From Gammaproteobacteria bacterium (GTDB taxonomy: Bacteria; Pseudomonadota; Gammaproteobacteria; Natronospirales; JASFQN01): a stretch of 48,175 nt of DNA. The translations under genes and the position numbers were made by a program. Below the pieces are notes generated by a model that was not told the origin of the DNA, searched no databases, and saw nothing but the letters and a program-made list of their open reading frames with translations. The stretch covers positions 1 to 48,175 of the forward strand of contig JASFQN010000001.1 of NCBI GenBank assembly GCA_050115425.1, written 5' to 3'. The first letter of the stretch is position 1. Each line of letters starts with the position of its first letter. Of this stretch, positions 44,146 to 48,175 are shown in pieces.

Positions 44146-45135
44146 TCAGCGGCGCCGGCGGGGGCCACCCCGCCGCACCGGCGCCTTTCGCCGAAGGCGG
44201 GGTTGCTCTTCGGCAACCGCCTGCGACAAGCCGGCGGCGTCCAGCAGAGAGCGTACCTCGCCTGCTCCGAGTTCCCGACACTGGCCGCGCGGCAGGTTCC
44301 GTGGCAGGGATACCGGCCCGTATTGCACGCGCATCAGGCGACTCACGGTAATTCCCTGGGACTCCCAGAGACGCCGCACTTCCCGGTTCCGGCCCTCGCG
44401 GAGCGTCACTTTGTACCAGTGATTCGCGCCCTGCCCGCCGGCATCGACGATTTGTTCAAAACGGGCCTCTCCGTCGGCCAGGCTCACCCCCTCGAGCAAA
44501 CGCCTGATCACTTCGGAGGGAACCTCGCCCAGAACGCGGACGGCGTACTGCCGGACTACCCGGCGCGAGGGATGCATCAGGGCATTGGCCAGTTCCCCGT
44601 CGGTCGTGAACAGCAACAGGCCGCTGGTGTTGGCATCCAGTCGGCCGATGTTGACCCACCGGCCGCGTCGCAGGCGCGGGAGATTATCGAAAACCGTGGG
44701 GCGCCCTTCCGTATCCCGGCGTGTGGTGAACTCGCCCTCGGGCTTGTGATACGCGATTACCCGTCGCTCCGGCAGCACATGCGCGCTGACACGAAGGGGC
44801 CGTCCGTCCACGGTGATCCGATCTCCTTCGGCCACCTTCTGTCCGAGCTCGGCCGGCTTGCCGTTGACCTGTACCCGGCCCGCCTCGATCCAGCCTTCAA
44901 TCTGCCGGCGCGAACCGAGCCCGGCCGCGGCCACCACCTTCTGGAGGCGCTGGGGCTCGACCGGTGTGGCTTCAGGCGCCGCCTTCGGTCGGACGCTGCG
45001 CGTCGTCGGCGATTTCTCCGCCGCCTTCTTGCGCTTCGCGGTCGCCGCCTTCGGCCCCGGTTCCGTCGCCAGAGGACGTTTCGTTGTCGAGCCGCGCTTC
45101 TTCCTCGCCGGCCGTGTCGTCCCGCGCTTGTTCAT
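44146..45135 (-). CDS. rluB: 23S rRNA pseudouridine synthase RluB-like, with a basic N-terminal extension
   Basis: S4 domain [30 protein letters not shown], catalytic motif [14 protein letters not shown], and a basic C-tail. The last in-frame ATG upstream of the S4 domain is at 45135. The ORF is open to 45306. Confidence 0.88.
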   Translation of the reverse strand: MNKRGTTRPARKKRGSTTKRPLATEPGPKAATAKRKKAAEKSPTTRSVRPKAAPEATPVEPQRLQKVVAAAGLGSRRQIEGWIEAGRVQVNGKPAELGQKVAEGDRITVDGRPLRVSAHVLPERRVIAYHKPEGEFTTRRDTEGRPTVFDNLPRLRRGRWVNIGRLDANTSGLLLFTTDGELANALMHPSRRVVRQYAVRVLGEVPSEVIRRLLEGVSLADGEARFEQIVDAGGQGANHWYKVTLREGRNREVRRLWESQGITVSRLMRVQYGPVSLPRNLPRGQCRELGAGEVRSLLDAAGLSQAVAEEQPRLRRKAPVRRGGPRRRR

Positions 45136-45886
45136 GAGTCTCCGATTCCTCGCTGGACCCGATCTCCGGTCCGTCTGCCGACGTCGAATGCTGGTCTCCG
45201 GTCGCCGGCTCTTCAGCCGTATCGACCAAGGCCGCATTGTTGCTTTCAACTGCCTCCGGCGGCGCTTGAGCCACGTCCGCGGCTTTGCCGTCGAGATCGA
45301 GTTCAACGTTGATGCTGTCTATGTCACGCAACTCGGCGAGGGTGGGCAGCTCGTCCAGGCTCTTGAGCCCGAAATAGTCCAGGAACTCGCGCGTCGTGCC
45401 GTACATGGCCGGCCTGCCGGGCACATCGCGATGACCGACGATGCGCGCCCATCCGCGATCCTGAAGCGTGCGCATGATATTGGTACTCACGCTCACACCG
45501 CGAATGTCTTCGATCTCACCGCGGGTGATCGGCTGACGGTAGGCAATCAGCGCCAGGGTTTCGAGAAGCGCGCGCGAATACCGGGTCGGACGCTCCTCCC
45601 AGAGGCGTGATACCCACGTGGCCAGATCCGCGCACACCTGCACGCGAAATCCGCTGGCAACTTCGCGGATTTCCATACCACGGCCCGCGTAGTCCTCGCA
45701 CAGGGTAGCCACGGCACGGCGCAGGTCGGCGCGATCGGGGCGTTCGTCCTCGGCAAAGAGCGCCTGGAGTTGATCGAGGCTGAGCGGCCGGCCAGCCGCC
45801 AGCAGAGCTCCCTCCACGATGCGCACCAGCGCGCTGTTGTCGCTCTGTGTATTGTCTTGCTGCATCTCACCCACGCATTGAGTCAT
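44972..45886 (-). CDS. scpB: segregation and condensation protein B, with a ~100-aa acidic tail
   Basis: ...[21 protein letters not shown]...[30 protein letters not shown]...[18 protein letters not shown]. Alternative ATG at 45865, 1 nt after the scpA stop. Confidence 0.9.
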   Translation of the reverse strand: MTQCVGEMQQDNTQSDNSALVRIVEGALLAAGRPLSLDQLQALFAEDERPDRADLRRAVATLCEDYAGRGMEIREVASGFRVQVCADLATWVSRLWEERPTRYSRALLETLALIAYRQPITRGEIEDIRGVSVSTNIMRTLQDRGWARIVGHRDVPGRPAMYGTTREFLDYFGLKSLDELPTLAELRDIDSINVELDLDGKAADVAQAPPEAVESNNAALVDTAEEPATGDQHSTSADGPEIGSSEESETHEQARDDTAGEEEARLDNETSSGDGTGAEGGDREAQEGGGEIADDAQRPTEGGA

Positions 45887-46787
45887 CTTCGGATTCCGTG
45901 TCGCTTTCCGCCGCGGTCACTTCCATGTCCTCGGGCAATTCGGTTGCCGCCGTCCTGGCCTTGACGTGGATCGGCCCGAACGCTTCCTGCTGGACCAGGT
46001 CCACCAGGGCTTCCTTGACCAGTTCGAGCAGGGCAATGAACGTTACGACCACGCCCATCCGGCCTTCCTCGGCCCGGAACAGCGCAGTGAAGTTGCAGTA
46101 CTCGCCACCCTGCAGGCGGCCAAGAACGTCCGACATGCGTTGACGCACCGACAGAGCTTCGCGCTGCACATGATGATGGGAAAACATCTCGGCGCGCGCC
46201 AGGACTTCCTTGAAGGCCAGCAACAGTTCCTTGAGCGTCACATCCGGCAGAATCTGGACCACCTTGCGCTCGGTGACTTCGGCCTCGGCCTGCCAGACAT
46301 CACGATCAAGCCGTTCCAGGGCATCGATATCCTCGGCGGCGGTCTTGTAGCGCTCGTATTCCTGCAGACGCCTGATCAGTTCGGCCCGCGGATCCCCTTC
46401 TTCTTCCTCTTCGCTCACCGGGCGGGGCAACAGCATCCGCGACTTGATCTCGGCCAGCATCGCAGCCATCACCAGATATTCGGCGGCGAGTTCGAGCCGG
46501 AGTTCCTTCATCAGCTCGACATACTGCATGTATTGCGCCGTAATCTGGGCGATGGGAATGTCGAGTATGTCCAGATTCTGCCGCTTGATCAGATACAGCA
46601 GCAGATCCAGCGGTCCTTCGAAGGCTTCCAGAAAGACCTCGAGCGCATCGGGGGGGATATAGAGGTCCTTGGGCAGGCTGGTGATGCGTTCGCCATAGAT
46701 TACGGCAAAGGGCATCTCCTCCTGTTCCGGATGCTCTCCCTCCGGGGCGCGGTCCTGCGGTTCGACGGATTCGGTTTCGCTCTGCAT
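45867..46787 (-). CDS. scpA: segregation and condensation protein A
   Basis: ...FEGPLDLLLYLIKRQNLDILDIPIAQITAQYMQYV...LAAEYLVMAAMLAEIKSRMLLP... Confidence 0.93.
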   Translation of the reverse strand: MQSETESVEPQDRAPEGEHPEQEEMPFAVIYGERITSLPKDLYIPPDALEVFLEAFEGPLDLLLYLIKRQNLDILDIPIAQITAQYMQYVELMKELRLELAAEYLVMAAMLAEIKSRMLLPRPVSEEEEEGDPRAELIRRLQEYERYKTAAEDIDALERLDRDVWQAEAEVTERKVVQILPDVTLKELLLAFKEVLARAEMFSHHHVQREALSVRQRMSDVLGRLQGGEYCNFTALFRAEEGRMGVVVTFIALLELVKEALVDLVQQEAFGPIHVKARTAATELPEDMEVTAAESDTESEDDSMRG

Positions 46788-46801
46788 GACGCCTGTTCCG
46801 C

Positions 46802-48025
46802 TCAGCGGTAGTTGAGACCCATGGCCTGGCGGACTTCTTCCATGGTGTCACGCGCCAGCGCCCGCGCCTTTTCACACCCATCGGTGAGGATCCCGCGCAC
46901 CGCGTCGGGATCACGCTCGAATTCCTCGCCGCGTTCACGAATCGGCTTGAGCTCGGCCAGCACGGCCTCTATCACCGGCTTCTTGCAGTCCAGGCACCCG
47001 ATGCCCGCGCTCCGGCAACCCTGTTGCACCCAATCCTGGGTAGCCGCGTCGGAGTAGATCTTGTGCAGATCCCATACCGGGCATTTCTCCGGCTCCCCCG
47101 GATCGGTACGGCGAACGCGGGCGGGGTCGGTCTGCATCGTGCGAATCTTGTGCTCGATCGACTCGGGGTCTTCGCGCAGCTCGATGGTGTTGCCGTAGGA
47201 CTTGGACATCTTCTGGCCATCCAGGCCCGGCAACTTCGGCACTTCGGTGAGCAGTGCCTGCGGCTCCAGCAGTATTTCGCGACCGCCGCCCTCAAGGTAA
47301 CCGAACAGCCGCTCGCGATCACCCTTGGTCAGGTTCTGAAGAGTGGCCAGCAGCGCGCGGGCCTTGTCCAGCGCCTCGGCATCGCCCTGCTCCTGATAGC
47401 CCCGGCGCAGCTCGTCGAGCATCCGCGCATTCTTGCGCCCGGTCTTTTTCAGGGCAGCGCGGGCCTTGTCCTCGAAATCGGGCTCGCGGCCGTAAATGTG
47501 ATTGAAGCGGCGCGCCACCTCGCGGGTGATTTCCACGTGTGCGACCTGGTCCTCGCCCACCGGCACCTGGCCGGCGCGATAGATCAGGATGTCCGCGCTC
47601 TGCAGCAGCGGATAGCCGAGAAATCCGTAGGTGGCCAGGTCGCGATCGCGGAGCTTGTCCTGCTGATCCTTGTAGGTGGGCACACGCTCCAGCCAGCCCA
47701 GCGGCGTCACCATGGAAAGCAAAAGGTGCAGCTCGGCATGCTCGGGCACGCGGGACTGGATGAAGATCGTGCAGGCGCCGGGGTTGATTCCCACCGCCAG
47801 CCAGTCAATCACCATGTCCCACATCTTGTTGGCGATGTCACCCGAATCCGCGTAATGGGTGGTAAAGGCATGCCAGTCGGCAACGAAGAAGTAGCATTCG
47901 TATTCGTTCTGCAAGCGGATCCAGTTTTTCAGCGCTCCGTGGTAGTGGCCCAGGTGCAGGCGGCCGGTGGGTCGCATGCCGGAGACGATGCGCTGATGCT
48001 GGTTCGGTAAAACTGCCAATGTCAC
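46802..48025 (-). CDS. trpS: tryptophan--tRNA ligase (long form with an internal insertion and a four-Cys motif)
   Basis: HIGH-type motif GRLHLGHYHG and KMSKS. GTG 48025 overlaps the upstream gene's TGA (GTGA). TTG 48019 is an alternative with better spacing from GGGAGG. Confidence 0.95.
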   Translation of the reverse strand: MTLAVLPNQHQRIVSGMRPTGRLHLGHYHGALKNWIRLQNEYECYFFVADWHAFTTHYADSGDIANKMWDMVIDWLAVGINPGACTIFIQSRVPEHAELHLLLSMVTPLGWLERVPTYKDQQDKLRDRDLATYGFLGYPLLQSADILIYRAGQVPVGEDQVAHVEITREVARRFNHIYGREPDFEDKARAALKKTGRKNARMLDELRRGYQEQGDAEALDKARALLATLQNLTKGDRERLFGYLEGGGREILLEPQALLTEVPKLPGLDGQKMSKSYGNTIELREDPESIEHKIRTMQTDPARVRRTDPGEPEKCPVWDLHKIYSDAATQDWVQQGCRSAGIGCLDCKKPVIEAVLAELKPIRERGEEFERDPDAVRGILTDGCEKARALARDTMEEVRQAMGLNYR

Positions 48026-48174
48026 CTCCCGAGTGAAACGCCGGCCACATAGCGGAGCAGAAAATCGCCCAGCAGATCGAGTGGCGGCCAGATCAGGTAC
48101 CCCAGTATCCCGGTCATCAGCAGCACGAGCAGGATGATCAGGCCATAGGGCTCGATGCGGTCGAAGGTCGCCGC
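48022..48174 (-). CDS. C-terminal end of a membrane protein, probably a site-2 protease (peptidase M50) family protein; the gene starts beyond the right edge
   Basis: Read by eye on the minus strand: ...AATFDRIEPYGLIILLVLLMTGILGYLIWPPLDLLGDFLLRYVAGVSLGR*, stop at 48024-48022. From memory, the motif and the position upstream of trpS resemble M50-family genes in other gammaproteobacteria. Confidence 0.5.
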   Translation of the reverse strand, partial: AATFDRIEPYGLIILLVLLMTGILGYLIWPPLDLLGDFLLRYVAGVSLGR

Positions 48175-48175
48175 C

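Overview
High-GC window with gammaproteobacterial-type synteny. It is almost entirely core housekeeping genes, tightly packed and mostly on the minus strand. Main blocks: MerR-ihfA-pheT-pheS-rplT-rpmI-infC-thrS; uvrB; an aspartate-type aminotransferase; galU; comEA; lapB-lapA-ihfB-rpsA-cmk-aroA-hisC-serA-serC-gyrA-mtnA; then on the plus strand OmpA-like, MscS-family, mtaD-ubiG-HAD phosphatase-rmuC, a phytoene-synthase-like gene and yciK; then rluB-scpB-scpA-trpS on the minus strand. There are three tRNAs: Pro-GGG, Val-GAC and Asn-GTT. The left ~10 kb is the only accessory-looking part. It holds a partial Na+/solute symporter with its DUF3311 mini-protein, stop/start-overlapped with a large periplasmic-sensor GAF-GGDEF cyclase. 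It also holds a porin, an orphan membrane protein, a small alpha/beta hydrolase and a 2.8-kb ACP / fatty-acyl-AMP-ligase / PlsC-type acyltransferase fusion. I see no CRISPR array, transposase, integrase, prophage, toxin-antitoxin or defence-type genes, and no convincing novel multi-gene system. The most unusual items are: the tri-domain lipid-acylation fusion; the ~390-nt non-coding, hairpin-rich spacer upstream of it, which carries a 15-nt inverted copy of the neighbouring tRNA-Pro T-arm; a tRNA-Thr anticodon-loop mimic in front of thrS; a probable non-canonical infC start; a terminator immediately upstream of pheS; a 164-nt same-strand scpB/rluB overlap; a four-Cys motif in TrpRS; and a phytoene-synthase-like protein with degenerate Asp-rich motifs. 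The many long antisense ORFs in the track are high-GC artefacts. Starts were refined by eye from RBS and homology logic and are less certain than stops.
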